A stretch of 63,043 nt of DNA, filler included, from Octopus bimaculoides (GCF_001194135.2; 4 parts of 4 records of this genome joined end to end with filler, not necessarily neighbours in it); one strand, 5' to 3'. Numbered from the whole stretch's first letter, positions 1-11,769 are shown. Translations and numbers: made by a program. Notes: generated by a model from the letters alone, not told the origin.

Positions 1-374
1 CTGACTCGTAGAGATAACATAACGAGTTATACAATTTAATTATTACATTTATTGTTCAATTACATACAAAGAACGCACTCACCCAATGTTCGTTATGAAT
101 AAACAAAAGTCATGTCCGCCATATATATATCAATGACATTTTACTACGACAGTCCCACAAGACAACAACAATGAAACAATGAACTCAGACGAACCACATG
201 ACACACGGAACGTCAGACGAATTACATATCTAACAGTCCATATAACAGTTTGGTATCAAAGTATTATCAAACTTTGCACATTCTTCTGTAACATCTACTA
301 TGTTAAGCCCCTAAATGACAGAGTGCCAGTTATTGTTAGTTAATCTTATTCTCTATATTACATTCTTTCTGCAG

Positions 375-658
375 ATCCCTTACCTGGAGGTTGTAATCAA
401 GAATTTAATTTGGAAATCGATCCAAATATCAAAGTGACATATCCCAAGTTACTGACAAATGTGGACTTCCAGTGGTCAAATGGTCACTTCTCCCGATCAA
501 TGCTACCACCAAGCTGTGAAGATATGGTAATGCAGACAAGTCTGCATTATTATGTTTTCGTCTATTTTATGAATGAAGTTCAAACAGATGACTTGTCCAC
601 CCTGCAAGCTGTTACGAAAATGCTTTCGGTTGATGATATTTTTGAAACTGGAAGATAT
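375..658 (+). CDS. TM7SF3: TM7SF3 orthologue, first exon in window (luminal Cys-containing region)
   Basis: Acceptor ttctttctgcAG|375, donor 658|GTaagt. Translates (D)PLPGGCNQEFNLEIDPNIKVTY...IFETGRY, matching the DPVPGGCNLEFDLDIDPNI motif I recall from vertebrate TM7SF3. Enters in phase 1 and exits in phase 0. Confidence 0.93.
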
Positions 659-988
659 GTAAGTAGTTTTTATATTTTATTTCTTTCCAGTAAATTTTAT
701 AATTGTTTGTTACATGTGGTATCCATTATAAGCTGTCATTGTTGGAGAAAGATTTCAGATATCAAAATCTATAGAACAAAGGATAAAATGCCTTTTTATA
801 TTTCCTAATGTATTAAAGTGCTGATATTTGAAACCAATATTTTTACATGTACTTTTATATTCCGTGTTCAAATCGTACCAAGTTTGACTTTATGAAGAGG
901 AGAATTGATAAAAGGAACACCAGTCCTAACTGGGGTCAGTTAAATCACCCTCATCTCTTCCCTTAAATCAAGTTCAGAATCGTTGTTG

Positions 989-2080
989 TCATCATCATCA
1001 TTATCATGCTCCTTTAACATCCATTTTCCATGCTGGCATGGGTTGGACGGTTTCACAGGACCTGGCAAGCACCAGTTTACAGTCTGATTTAACTTGGTTT
1101 TTATGGCTGGATGCCCTTCCTAATGTCAACCACATCACAGAGTGTGCTGGGAGCTTTTAACGCGGCACCACATGAGTGCTTTTTACGTGGCAATGGCGCA
1201 AGACTCGTGCAGGCAAACCTCTTCAATAGGGGGAGCAGCCTTAACACTTCTGCTGTGTAGGATAGATCTTCTGGAGTACAGCCGGGTGCCAGGTATCTCA
1301 GGCCTTTGTCATCTCATCTGAAAGGGTCAGCATCCTGAGCTTGTCCTTCAGTACTTCGTCCCATGTCTTCCTATGTCTCCCTCTTCCACATGTTCCATCT
1401 ACTTTAAGAGATTGGCACTTCTTTATGGAGCTGTCAGCATCCATCCACATCATGTGACCAAACCAACACACTCTTCTCTCTTGCGCACAGCAACCAATTC
1501 CTCTTATACATAACTTCTCTCTCAGTGCACCAGAACTTGGTCGAACGTGTACACTGACATTGCACATCCAGTGGAGCATACTCGCTTCATTTCTCTCCAG
1601 CCTTCAACATGTCCCCTGCATTCAGGGCCTGCGTCTCACTATCATATAAAATTGTTGTTCATATACATGATTCATACAATCTTCCTTTCACTCGGAGAGA
1701 GAGAACTTTTGCTGCCATCAGAAATAAAAGTTTTCTGAATTTTCTCTATCCTATCGTTATTCAAGCAATTACACTTTCCGTGCATCCTCGCCTACAGCTA
1801 ATTTTATCCCCTAGGTAACAGAAATTGTCCTCTACCTCTAAAGAGCCACCAGGGCATTTGAGAAAATCAACTTTCCATGTATCAGTAGTTTTTATGGTTC
1901 TCCTGCATCTTCCACATACAAACATTACTTTCTCTGATAACCTTCCTGTTGTTCCACTGTGGGTCCATGGCTTACACTGGGTACACTGTATGGAATTCCT
2001 GGCTACTCTTTTCCGACAGATAAAGTAATGCCACTTACCAGAAGTGGGTGGGGTCCTGTCTGTTTTAATTGCTGGAAAGA
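989..2080 (-). mobile_element. 5'-truncated RTE-clade LINE (C-terminal RT, 3' UTR, (GAT)n tail), decayed
   Basis: Minus strand gives GKWHYFICRK..CTQCKPWTH..FVCGRC..FCYLGD, then ERRVCWFGHM..GRGRHRKTW, with in-frame stops. It is followed by the recurrent 3' UTR and a (CAT)n tail at about 989-1006 on +. Confidence 0.88.
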
Positions 2081-2447
2081 AGTAATTTTTGAAAAATGTA
2101 AACTAGACATTTCTTTTGTGGGTTAACATGTCATATCGTTTATGTCATCAAGAATACCAATGCATTAATTATTGGGTTGATGCATAATTATTGTGCCAGC
2201 CCACATTAACATTGCATTAATATTGTTATCGTTAATGATGATAATAATGATGATGATAGTGATGATGACAACGACAACGACGATGGTGGTGGTGGTGGTG
2301 GTGGGGGATGTGTGACGACAACAACAACATTATTAATGATTTTTCTTTCAGTGACACAAAAGTTACAATGTTTCTGACAGGGAAGTACTTGACTGAATTT
2401 TTTTTGGTTTGGTATACGGAAGCATGAAAACCAAAACTGGAACGTCT

Positions 2448-2618
2448 AGGTGTGGCTGTGTGGTAAGAAGCTTGCTTCCCAACCATTGGTTCCGGGTTCA
2501 GTTCCACTGCATGGCACCTTCAACATGTGTCTTCTACTATAGTCTTGGGCTGACCAAAGCCTTGTGAGTGGATTTAGTAGACGGAAACTGAAAGAAGCCT
2601 GTTGTATTTATATACATT

Positions 2619-2653
<35 letters not shown>

Positions 2654-2859
2654 CTGTGTTTGTCTCCCCACCACCACCATTGCTTGACAACCGATGTTGG
2701 TGTGTTTACATCCTTGTAACTTAGCGGTTTGGCAACAGAAACTGATAGAATAAGTACCAAGCTTACAAAGAATAAGTCCAGGAGGCGATTTCTTCGACTA
2801 AAAGGCGGTACTCCAGCATGGCCACAGTCAGAATGACTGAAACAAGTAAAAGAATAAAG
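2448..2859 (+). mobile_element. tRNA-derived SINE, family A (other copies about 12150-12590 -, 14925-15060 -, 18680-18920 -, 18950-19310 +)
   Basis: Head has A box TGGCTGTGTGG and B box GGTTCAGTTCC, an internal (TA)/(TG) tract, and the tail aatgactgaaacaagtaaaagaataaag. The same layout recurs at the listed loci. Confidence 0.8.
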
Positions 2860-2964
2860 GTGGAATAGACAGGACAAAATCAGAGAGGAGAGGAGAGATG
2901 GAGAAGAGGTGAGAGGCCACAGAATATGTGACAAAAGAACTCAGGCAAATAAACAAGAGCTAAT

Positions 2965-3172
2965 GATAATAATGGTTTCAAAGTTTGGCACCAGGCCAGC
3001 AATTTCGAGGTGGGGAGGGGGTCAGATGATTAAATTCACCCCAGTATTCAGCCGGTACTTATTTTATTGACCCCCAAGAGGATGAAAGTCAAAGTCAACC
3101 CCAGTGGAATTTGAACTCAGAATATGATGATGGATGAAATGCCATTAACAATTTTGCCAGCTCAATGCCTCC
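2965..3172 (-). mobile_element. SINE family B (other copies about 10250-10460 +, 10668-10881 +, 15240-15450 -, 24280-24465 -, 28990-29210 -, 29215-29430 -)
   Basis: Recurring core gagttcaaattc(c/t)gccgaggtcgactttgcctttcatcctttcggggtcgataaa..agtaccag behind a GAGCTGGC head, with about 7 copies in the window. Confidence 0.78.
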
Positions 3173-3306
3173 AATAAGTAATAATAACAATAATAACAAT
3201 AATAATAATAATAATAATAAAAATAATAGTGCATGTATTTATTGGCAAAATGACCCTCCCTAAATATAACAAAGAATTATATCTGTTTTGATATGTATGA
3301 TTGCAG

Positions 3307-3484
3307 GTGAAGTTAATACATAACAACAACATTGAGAAATCAGAGCTGAATCTGGTTTCTTATCCTTGTGTCAGTGCTGTGGTGAATCTCATTGTTACAC
3401 AATCGGGAAATGGCATTCAGACATCTGCAGCTTATGTACCGACTGTCATCAACCCGGATTTGTTGCAATGTGAGGAAAACAAAA
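3307..3484 (+). CDS. TM7SF3: TM7SF3 exon
   Basis: ttgcAG|3307 to 3484|GTaagt, 178 nt, phase 0 to 1. VKLIHNNN...VVNLIV...TSAAYVPTV...CEENK (TSAAYIP-like motif). Confidence 0.92.
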
Positions 3485-3699
3485 GTAAGTATACTGCTCT
3501 AAGTTTTGCACTGATTAACATTTCACCTTCTTTCTATATAATCAGATACTGGTGTCACGCATAAGACCATTATTTAGTGTCTCTGAGCGAATGACAGCCA
3601 TCTACCATGAAACAGCCGTTAGCATTATTGTTGACCGTCTTGTATCATCAATTTATATGGGAATGAGACTGTTGTGTGACTGGCTATTGTAGTTTTTAG

Positions 3700-3960
3700 A
3701 ATAATGTAAGGTGTGCTGGTGCCACATAAAAAGCCCCCATGCTGGTGCCACATATAATGCTCTGGTACTGGTGCCACGTTAAAAGCACCCAGCGTGCTCT
3801 GTAAAGTGGTTGGTGTTAGGAAGGGCATCCAGCCATAGAAACCACGCCAAATCAGACAGATGGAGCCTAGTGCAGCTCCCTGGCTTGCCAGCTCTTGTCA
3901 AACCATCCAACCCATGCCAGAATGGAAAACGGATGTTAAATGATAATGATGATAATGATG
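3700..3960 (+). mobile_element. RTE LINE 3' UTR fragment / LINE-tail SINE-like repeat (other copies about 4740-4940 +, 4981-5037 -, 7850-8064 +, 8390-8590 +, 9170-9495 +, 18308-18508 +, 23905-24110 -, 24648-24950 -, 25255-25510 -, 25886-26116 -)
   Basis: Consensus gagtggttggcgttaggaagggcatccagctgtagaaac...ccaacccatgctagcatggaaagcggacgttaaa(tga)n. The same sequence directly follows RTE coding ends at 989-2080, 17303-18025 and 57404-58180. Confidence 0.85.
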
Positions 3961-5125
3961 GTGGTGGTGGTGGTGGTGGTGGTGGTGGTGGAAGTCGTGC
4001 TTGTGTGATTTTTACCTTAATGAACCAGAATTAACTCCTTACAAGCTGATCAATGAAGTCTCTGCATGGTTGCTTGACCTTCTGAAAGGAAAAACAGACA
4101 TATTTTACACAAGTCAAATCCCACCATCTTAAAACAGACATTGTGGTCCTTTATAAACAAACCAATCAGGATGTGTTCAGAGCTGAAATGTCTTCGATCA
4201 TATGCCATGTTTGTTCAGGGTTGATTTGAGGCCAAATAACAACAGAAGCAACGCAAACCATTCCAAGCTAACGAGTGGGAGGAGATCTATTAAATTACTC
4301 AATCAACTTACCCCGCCTCCCACCTCCACTCACATCACATTTTATCATTTTTAACAAAAAAAGAAAACAGGCACTTTGGATGATGTCGTCTAATGTGAGA
4401 GGCTCTATATTGTTGCTTGACCTGCTAGAAATAGTAGCTAAATACTACACTATATTGTTGTAACAAAGAATGGCACATTGGATAATGTAATCCTAGATAC
4501 ATGGTGTAAGGATTAAGATGTATCAACCAAGATTGGAATGCATGTTTAATGGATTAGTGTTAATCTGGAATGAAAAAACGGCCAAGTCTTTAAGAAAGCA
4601 AAAGTAAATATTCAAAACATTTATAAAAAATATAAAATTGAAATTACCTGATATATTTTTGTTTTTGCCTAAATTATTTATATTTATTATTTTTTTAAAA
4701 ACAGATTCCAATAATTCATAATTCTAACTTACTCTTGTTTGAACTTGCTGGTGCCACATAAAAAGCACCTAGTGCTCTCTGTAAAATGGTTGGCATTAGG
4801 AAGGGCATCCGGCTGTAGAAACCTTGCCAGAATAGACAATTGGAGACTGATGCAGTTCCCAGCCTTAGTGGCCCCCTTTCAAACCACCCCAACTCATGCC
4901 AGCATGGAAAATGGACGTTAAATGATGATGATGATGATGTGAACTGTCAAATATCAAACTGTGTATAATGTTCCCCAATTCATCATCATCATCATCATCA
5001 TCATTTAATGTCTATTGTCTATGCTGGCATGGGTTGGACAAATTCTCTCCTTTATTTCAGATTTGGTATTTACTCTTTGAAACAACAAAAATATATTTTA
5101 TTTTTCAATTGTTTTAATATTTCAG

Positions 5126-5212
5126 ATGACGCCTTAACCATTGTAATTTCCTGTTTTACCATCCTGCTAGGATTCTTGTTGTGTTTCTTTGGACACAGGT
5201 ATTTTAAAACAG
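5126..5212 (+). CDS. TM7SF3: TM7SF3 exon (first TM helix, start of DUF4203-like region)
   Basis: atttcAG|5126 to 5212|GTatgt, 87 nt, phase 1-1. NDALTIVISCFTILLGFLLCFFGHRYFKT contains the family motif GFxxCFFGHRxxKT. Confidence 0.95.
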
Positions 5213-6121
5213 GTATGTCTTCATCTATTGCCTCTTATTGTTATGCAATATTGTGCTGGTTCCTCATAAAAAGCACCTGTGCTGGTGCCACGTAAGAGCA
5301 AGGCAACTATTCTGTAATAGTCTGGAGAGCAATTTAGAGCAATGGTCAATCAGAGTTGGTGGTGGTGGTGATGTTGTTGTTGTTGTTGTTGCTGGTGTTG
5401 TTGTTGTTTGCTTATCCTTTTCATGGGTGAATGTCAAACATATTTAATTGCCATCTTAAAATTCTTGACATTGTTCAGTTCAGGTCTTTTGTTTGTCTGA
5501 ATTTGAAGTTGTCTGGGATACGCTTTATAGTGTTCGGTTCTTCTTTCATAGAATGTGGTTCCATATTATAAAAATCATCACTGCCATTATCAGTAAATTG
5601 GTGGACAAAATGCCTTGGAATTACATCCTATAAAAACTCTGAGCTCAAATTCTATTGGGATTGATTTGCCTTCCTTCCTTTCAAAGGACAAGCGAGTGTT
5701 GTTGGCCATTCTCTGCAGTAATACCATTGCAAAGCATGGCTGAATGTGCCATTTGGTTTGGGACATACAACCCATTACCCGATCCTTGCTTCCATCTTCT
5801 AATGCTTAATTCCCGCTCTACCAGTTTTTATTTTTCTTTGTTTCCATGGTGAGGTAGTTAGAAGTTTTTTTTCTTGCTAATTTGATCTTTTATACTTTTG
5901 ATGTTTTTTCCTTTCTTTTCCTCCTGTAAAAATATGTTGATAAAATGGATTTTTTTATAAATCTACAAGTACAACACTTTTAACAGTAAAAAAATGAAAC
6001 AAAATAATAATAAAAAACCGGACACTTAAATATTGGTCTGGATGTAACTGACGATATCCGTTCCACCATACAGCTTGTATTAGAAATAATCATCTTTATT
6101 ATTATTATTATTATTATTATT

Positions 6122-7243
6122 TTATGTTTGACTTTTGTTTTGCATTTGTACAAGTTGGATCCAAGTCTCACCCAGAGACCTCAAGAGACAACAAGTTAGA
6201 AGTTCATGTAGGTGTTATGCCTAGGGTACCATATATTTGGATTTGTACAGTTTTGTTCAAGTGAATGTTTAAGAAACCATAAGAAAATTATGTTTGCTTT
6301 AAAATTTGAGATCACATAGACAATATTTTACGTAGGATATGGGCAGTTCCCATGAGCACTATCTTTTGGACTTCAGCCATTTTGGGGTTTCCTGGTATCT
6401 GAGCTAGGTAGTAATCAGCCCGTTTCGCTGTCATTCCCAGGGCACCTATGACAATAGGTATTGNNNNNNNNNNNNNNNNNNNNNNNNNNNNNNNNNNNNN
6501 NNNNNNNNNNNNNNNNNNNNNNNNNNNNNNNNNNNNNNNNNNNNNNNNNNNNNNNNNNNNNNNNNNNNNNNNNNNNNNNNNNNNNNNNNNNNNNNNNNNN
6601 NNNNNNNNNNNNNNNNNNNNNNNNNNNNNNNNNNNNNNNNNNNNNNNNNNNNNNNNNNNNNNNNNNNNNNNNNNNNNNNNNNNNNNNNNNNNNNNNNNNN
6701 NNNNNNNNNNNNNNNNNNNNNNNNNNNNNNNNNNNNNNNNNNNNNNNNNNNNNNNNNNNNNNNNNNNNNNNNNNNNNNNNNNNNNNNNNNNNNNNNNNNN
6801 NNNNNNNNNNNNNNNNNNNNNNNNNNNNNNNNNNNNNNNNNNNNNNNNNNNNNNNNNNNNNNNNNNNNNNNNNNNNNNNNNNNNNNNNNNNNNNNNNNNN
6901 NNNNNNNNNNNNNNNNNNNNNNNNNNNNNNNNNNNNNNNNNNNNNNNNNNNNNNNNNNNNNNNNNNNNNNNNNNNNNNNNNNNNNNNNNNNNNNNNNNNN
7001 NNNNNNNNNNNNNNNNNNNNNNNNNNNNNNNNNNNNNNNNNNNNNNNNATTCGCTCTCTTTGGGTATTTGCCATTGAGAGGTTTTCCATGCCATTTTTCA
7101 GTCATAATAGCTAAGGCAGCAATTTTAGCACGGGTTTTCAAGCGCTTAGCTTTTTCTGTAGGTGTTTCTAGTTCGTCTAATTCTTGAATTTGTTGCAATT
7201 GGAATTCACTTAGATATTCCTTTGCCTGTTTTGTTACTGAGTA
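6122..7243 (-). mobile_element. R4/Dong-like non-LTR retrotransposon, 5'-truncated (copy A), spans gap 6464-7048
   Basis: Post-RT region KWHGKPLNGKY and C-terminal RLE tail IPIVIGALG..VQKIVLMGTAHILRKILSM* (stop 6312). (TTA)n lies on both sides, at about 6098-6121 and 7245-7284. Confidence 0.85.
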
Positions 7244-7284
<41 letters not shown>

Positions 7285-7285
<1 letters not shown>

Positions 7286-7683
7286 GCATTGCACAGCTTC
7301 TAATGCTGGAGATGTACTACAGTGTCACTTGTTCACTACCAGTGAACTAAGGTAACACCTCTTATTTTTTGAGCACCTTCCAGAGTATTCGAGTGGTTCC
7401 AAGCAGTGCTGTTTTCTGCAAATGCTCCACCCTTATTGCAGCCCCTATTTGTTCCACGTACTTCTTGAGATTTTTGCTCACTGTTCTTAGGGCTCCGACA
7501 ATTATTGGTACTACTGCTACCTTTTTCATCGACCACAACTGCTTAACTTCCCAAGCTAACCTGTCAGATCTCTCGACTTTTCTTTCTTCCTTATTGCATA
7601 CCTTGTTGTCAGTTGGGCATGCTGTATCGATGATCCAGCATAGTTTGTTTTCTTTCTCAATTAAGACTATGTCCAGCTTATTA
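7285..7683 (-). mobile_element. R4/Dong-like element, 5'-truncated (copy B)
   Basis: KLDIVLIEKENKLCWIIDTACP..VVPIIVGAL..LQKTALLGTTRIL* is a restriction-like endonuclease domain. Flanked by (TTA)n at 7245-7284 and about 7685-7700. Confidence 0.87.
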
Positions 7684-7738
7684 ATATTATTATTATTATT
7701 GGTAGTAGTATTTATGTTTGTTATTTTGTTATTTTCAG

Positions 7739-7819
7739 AATTGTTTATATTTGGAGCGATTGCTGGTTTCCTTATTGCACACATCACAGTCAGCGCTCTT
7801 TGGACACATTCCTTGACAG
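7739..7819 (+). CDS. TM7SF3: TM7SF3 exon (TM helix)
   Basis: attttcAG|7739 to 7819|GTaaaa, 81 nt, phase 1-1. ELFIFGAIAGFLIAHITVSALWTHSLT continues the KT-ELF motif. Confidence 0.92.
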
Positions 7820-9970
7820 GTAAAAAACTGCGTATTAATGAAAAATAGTCATGGCTGTTAGCGGTGTAAATGGCACCCATGCCGGTAGCATGTAAAAAGT
7901 ACCCATTACACTCTTGGAGTGGTTGGTGTTAGGAAGGGCATCCAGCCATAGAAACCCTGCCAAATCAGACTGGAACCGGGTGCAGCTTTCCAGCTTAGCA
8001 GTTCCAGTCAAACCGTCTAACCCATACCAGCATGGAGAGCAGATGTTAAATGATGATGATGATGAGAAACTATTTGAAATATGGAGCAAAAATATTTTAT
8101 AAGTTCTTGACTCAAACCAATATATTACTGGTACATATGTTAATTTTGGAGAGCTGAGAGACAAAAGTCATTCCATGCAGAGGTTTGACACATTGGCCTC
8201 AGTCAAATAAGTTTCTATCCTAACTTTCACATCTCTCAATTAGTAAGAACACTTCCAAATGAAGGCTAAAATTTCATTGAATTTTTTTATTGACAATCCA
8301 TTTCTTTACTTGTCTCAGACACCAAAGAAGGAGAAAAGGTATTAGGTATCAGCTGATGTAGTTGGTGACCCTGTCAGTGCAGATGCCACTTAAAACCCAA
8401 TCTACACTGTGAAGTGGTTGGAGTTTGGAAGGGCATCCAGCTGTAAAAACCTTGCCAAAACTGACCTCGCCTGTGCTTGTACTGCGTAAAAAGCACTAAG
8501 TCCACTCTGCTGAGTGGTTGGTGTTAGGAAAGGCATCTAGCTGTAAAAACACTGCCAAAACAGTCACAGAAGTCTGGTGCAGGCTTTTTGGACACTGCAT
8601 CTTTCTCTTTGCTTTAAATCAAAACAAACAAAAAAATAGAAATGTATACATTTTGAATGTTATCAACATTTTGTATCCCCTATTATTGCTGGCATAGGTG
8701 CAATTGGTGACCACAGTTTCGGTCAGTACTTCTTTAGAATCAATGCCCTTCTGAACAGATACAGGGACTACATTTCACTCATGTATCTTATATTAATATG
8801 ATTTCTATGGCTGAGTGTTTTTCTTAACATCAACTACTTTGTAGAGTGTACTGGGTGCATGCTATCATAGTATCAGCACTAAAGAGGTTCTTAAGTTCTT
8901 GACAGGACAATATGTATATAAGAATATGAAGGATTTAGTTCACTGGTGATCTAAATGTGTAAGTGCTATAATTGGTCATCCGTTAGGTTCCAAGTTCACA
9001 ACTGAGGCTGGAGATCCGTATTAGGCTTCCATATTAGCTGGTATATATTAGAGGAAAAAGGACAACAAAAACCAAGGCAGGACAGGTATTTCAAGTCATT
9101 TAGAATATTTAATTAGGGTCAGGTGAATTTGAAGTCTTCCAAATGTTTCTTGGATATCCCAAGTGATAGACTAGCATGTCCGTACAATGGGTTTTGTGCT
9201 GGTGGCATGTGAAAAAAACATTCGAGCGAGATCGTTGCGTGCCGTCAGACTGGCTCCTGTGCAGGTGGCACGTAATATACAGCATTTTGAGCGTGGCCGT
9301 TGCCAGTACTGCCTGACTAAAAGCACCCACTACACTCTTGGAGTGGTTGGCGTTAGGAAGGGCATCCAGCTGTAGAAACTCTGCCAAATCAGATTGGAGC
9401 CTGGTGTAGCCATCGGGTTTCACCAGTTCTCAGTCAAATCATCCAACCCATGCTAGCATGGAAAGCGGACATTAAATGATGATGATAATGATGAAAGAGA
9501 GAGAGACAAACTGAAATACACAAATAAAATGAAGTTTACGATGCAAACAGCAGCCAAACAGATGCATAATATAAGAAATTTGGCAAGTAAAACACCCGGA
9601 GTAAAAGGCATAGAAAGACAAAGCAAAGCAGCAACAATCAAAGAATGTGTATAATGGAAAAGAAAACAATGGAAAGAATCGATAAGGATTTTATCTTTTG
9701 GGTTTATAAACTTTATCAAAGAGACAGTAAAGAAATAACCAAGGTAGTTATGGTTTCACTTCTCAACAGCTAAATGTAAACTGATAATAATGAAACAGTG
9801 TTTGTAATGACCACCCACACTCAATTTACACCCCACCCCCTCTCCTCCTTTCTCCACCTCCCCTCTCCCTTCTCCTCCTTCCTCCACCTCCTCTTCCCCT
9901 CTGCCTTCTCCCTCCTCCTCCTCCTAGTGACATATATCTCTGATACATCTTGTTATGCCTTGTCTTCCAG

Positions 9971-10123
9971 TTGTGCTGAGTATTGACATCATCTCGGCCT
10001 TTGTCGGCGGTGTGCTGTGGTTGCTGGTCTGGACCAGTCTTGGAATTCCTGTCATATCGGTGCTTATGGTTAGTCTTGTGGCTGGTTATCTTGTGAGCTG
10101 CATACTTTTCTTCACACCATTTG
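9971..10123 (+). CDS. TM7SF3: TM7SF3 exon (two TM helices)
   Basis: tcttccAG|9971 to 10123|GTaagt, 153 nt, phase 1-1. VVLSIDIISAFVGGVLWLLVW...GYLVSCILFFTPF. Confidence 0.94.
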
Positions 10124-10489
10124 GTAAGTAGATATTTCAAGAAATGTTTTCAACCTTTACATTGGTAAATGTTTATTAGTGTCTTCCTCAGTAGCAGAAA
10201 TGGTAGAATGACAAAACCATACAATTCCATATTTTGTTACATCATGGCAGGAAGCTGGCAAAATTGTTAAAAAGTGCTGGGCAAAATGCTTAGCAACAGT
10301 TTGTCTGTCTTTATGTTCTGAGTTCAAATTCTGCCACGGTCAGCTTTGCCTTTTGTCCTTTTGGGGGTTGATAAAATTAATACCAGATGAATACTGGGGT
10401 CAATTGACTTACCCCCTCCCCCGAAATTACTGGCTTTGTGTCAAAGTTTGAAACCAGCATTAACTTTGATGTTAAGGCAGTGAGGTGAT

Positions 10490-10626
10490 AGGATCCTATT
10501 GGACACTTTGCAACAAGTATGGACTGGAAGTGCAAAAAAGTGGTATGAACATAAACCCAAAAGCACCATTAAAAATGATAATGCAAAGATCCTCTGGGAT
10601 TTTATGATTCAGTGCGACCATGAGAT
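10490..10626 (+). mobile_element. R4/Dong-like internal fragment
   Basis: KKWYEHKPKSTIKNDNAKILWDFMIQCDHEIENRKPD is the linker before the RLE. It ends at (ATT)n 10627-10647. Confidence 0.75.
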
Positions 10627-10877
10627 AGAGAATAGGAAGCCAGATCATTATTATTATTATTATTATTTAGGCGGTGAGCTGGCAAAATCATTAGCACACT
10701 GGGCAAAATGCTTCGCGGTATTTTGCCTGTCTTTATGTACTGAGTTCAAATTCTGCCGAGGTCGAGTTTGCCTTTCATCCTTTCAGGGTCGATTAAATAA
10801 GGACCAATTATGCACTGGGGTCGACGTAATTGACTTAATCCTTTCCCCCAAATTTGAGGCTTTGTGCTTCCAGTAGA

Positions 10878-10929
<52 letters not shown>

Positions 10930-11172
10930 GCCTTTGCACATATTCTAACGTTGGAGATGTACTATGGTGTCAGCTGTTCACTACCAGTGAACTAAGGTAA
11001 CACTTCTTATTTTTTGAGCACTTTCTGGAGTATTCGAGTGGTTCCAAGCAGTGCTGTTCCAAGCAAGTGTTCCACCCTTATTGCAGCCTCTATTTTTTTC
11101 ATGTACTTCTCAAGATTTTTACTCGCTGTTCCCAGGTCTTCGACAATTATTGATACTACTACCACCTTTATC
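10930..11172 (-). mobile_element. R4/Dong-like element 3' end (copy C, same subfamily as B)
   Basis: Its 3' UTR is nearly identical to copy B (ggagatgtacta..cactaccagtgaactaaggtaacac). Encodes VVSIIVEDLG..ALLGTTRILQKVLKK*. (TTA)n on both sides. Confidence 0.85.
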
Positions 11173-11184
11173 ATATTATTATTA

Positions 11185-11232
<48 letters not shown>

Positions 11233-11234
<2 letters not shown>

Positions 11235-11709
11235 TAGTTTTATTTTTATAACGTGCTTTCACTTCACTACCGAGCGCAGCTCTGTGTGCCTTGGGTATGT
11301 GCTGTGGTGCTCTTATTTTTACTGTATTGAAAGTGTTTTGCGTAGAATGTGTGCAGTACCCAGTAGTGCAATTTTCTGTATGTTATATATATTTGTAAGT
11401 CCTGGTGTTTTTGTTATGTATTTGTCTGAATATTTTTTTATTATACCCAAGGCACCTACTATGATAGGAATTGTTTCTGTTTTTAGATTCCACATTCGAG
11501 TTACCTCTATTTCCAGGTCTTTGTATTTTGAAAGTTTCTCCATTTCTTTTAGGGAAACGTTGTCATCTGCTGGTATTGATACATCAATTAGAAAGCATTT
11601 TTTTTCTTCATGATCTTTGACAACTATATCTGGTCTATTTGCCTTAATTTCTCTATCTGTGTGTATTGGCATATCCCAGAGTATGGTTGCTTTCTCGTTT
11701 TCTGTGACC
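11233..11709 (-). mobile_element. R4/Dong-like element 3' end with uninterrupted RLE domain (copy D)
   Basis: ORF 11319-11672 reads HTDREIKANRPDIVVKD..CFLIDVSIP..EKLSKYKDL..PIIVGALG..IQKIALLGTAHILRK (PD..D..K RLE motif). (TTA)n at 11174-11232 and 11710-11729. Confidence 0.9.
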
Positions 11710-11769
11710 TATTATTATTATTATTATTAAATACTCATGTTCCCAATGTCTTTCGTCTCATTACTCCAG

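Noticed and set aside
2448-2520. tRNA-like A/B boxes as tRNA genes (also 18950, 13740, 33060)
   Set aside because: No closed cloverleaf or acceptor stem, and they continue into repeat bodies. They are SINE heads.
7850-9495. Regularly recurring gtggcacgtaaaaagcacc-type short repeats that could suggest a CRISPR-like or regulatory array
   Set aside because: They are internal subrepeats of the RTE 3' UTR, with variable spacing and non-unique spacers. The genome is eukaryotic and no cas genes are present.
10490-10626. Plus-strand Dong fragment as a twin-priming 5' inversion of copy C
   Set aside because: It lies on the 3' tail side of copy C rather than its 5' side, so the geometry does not fit.
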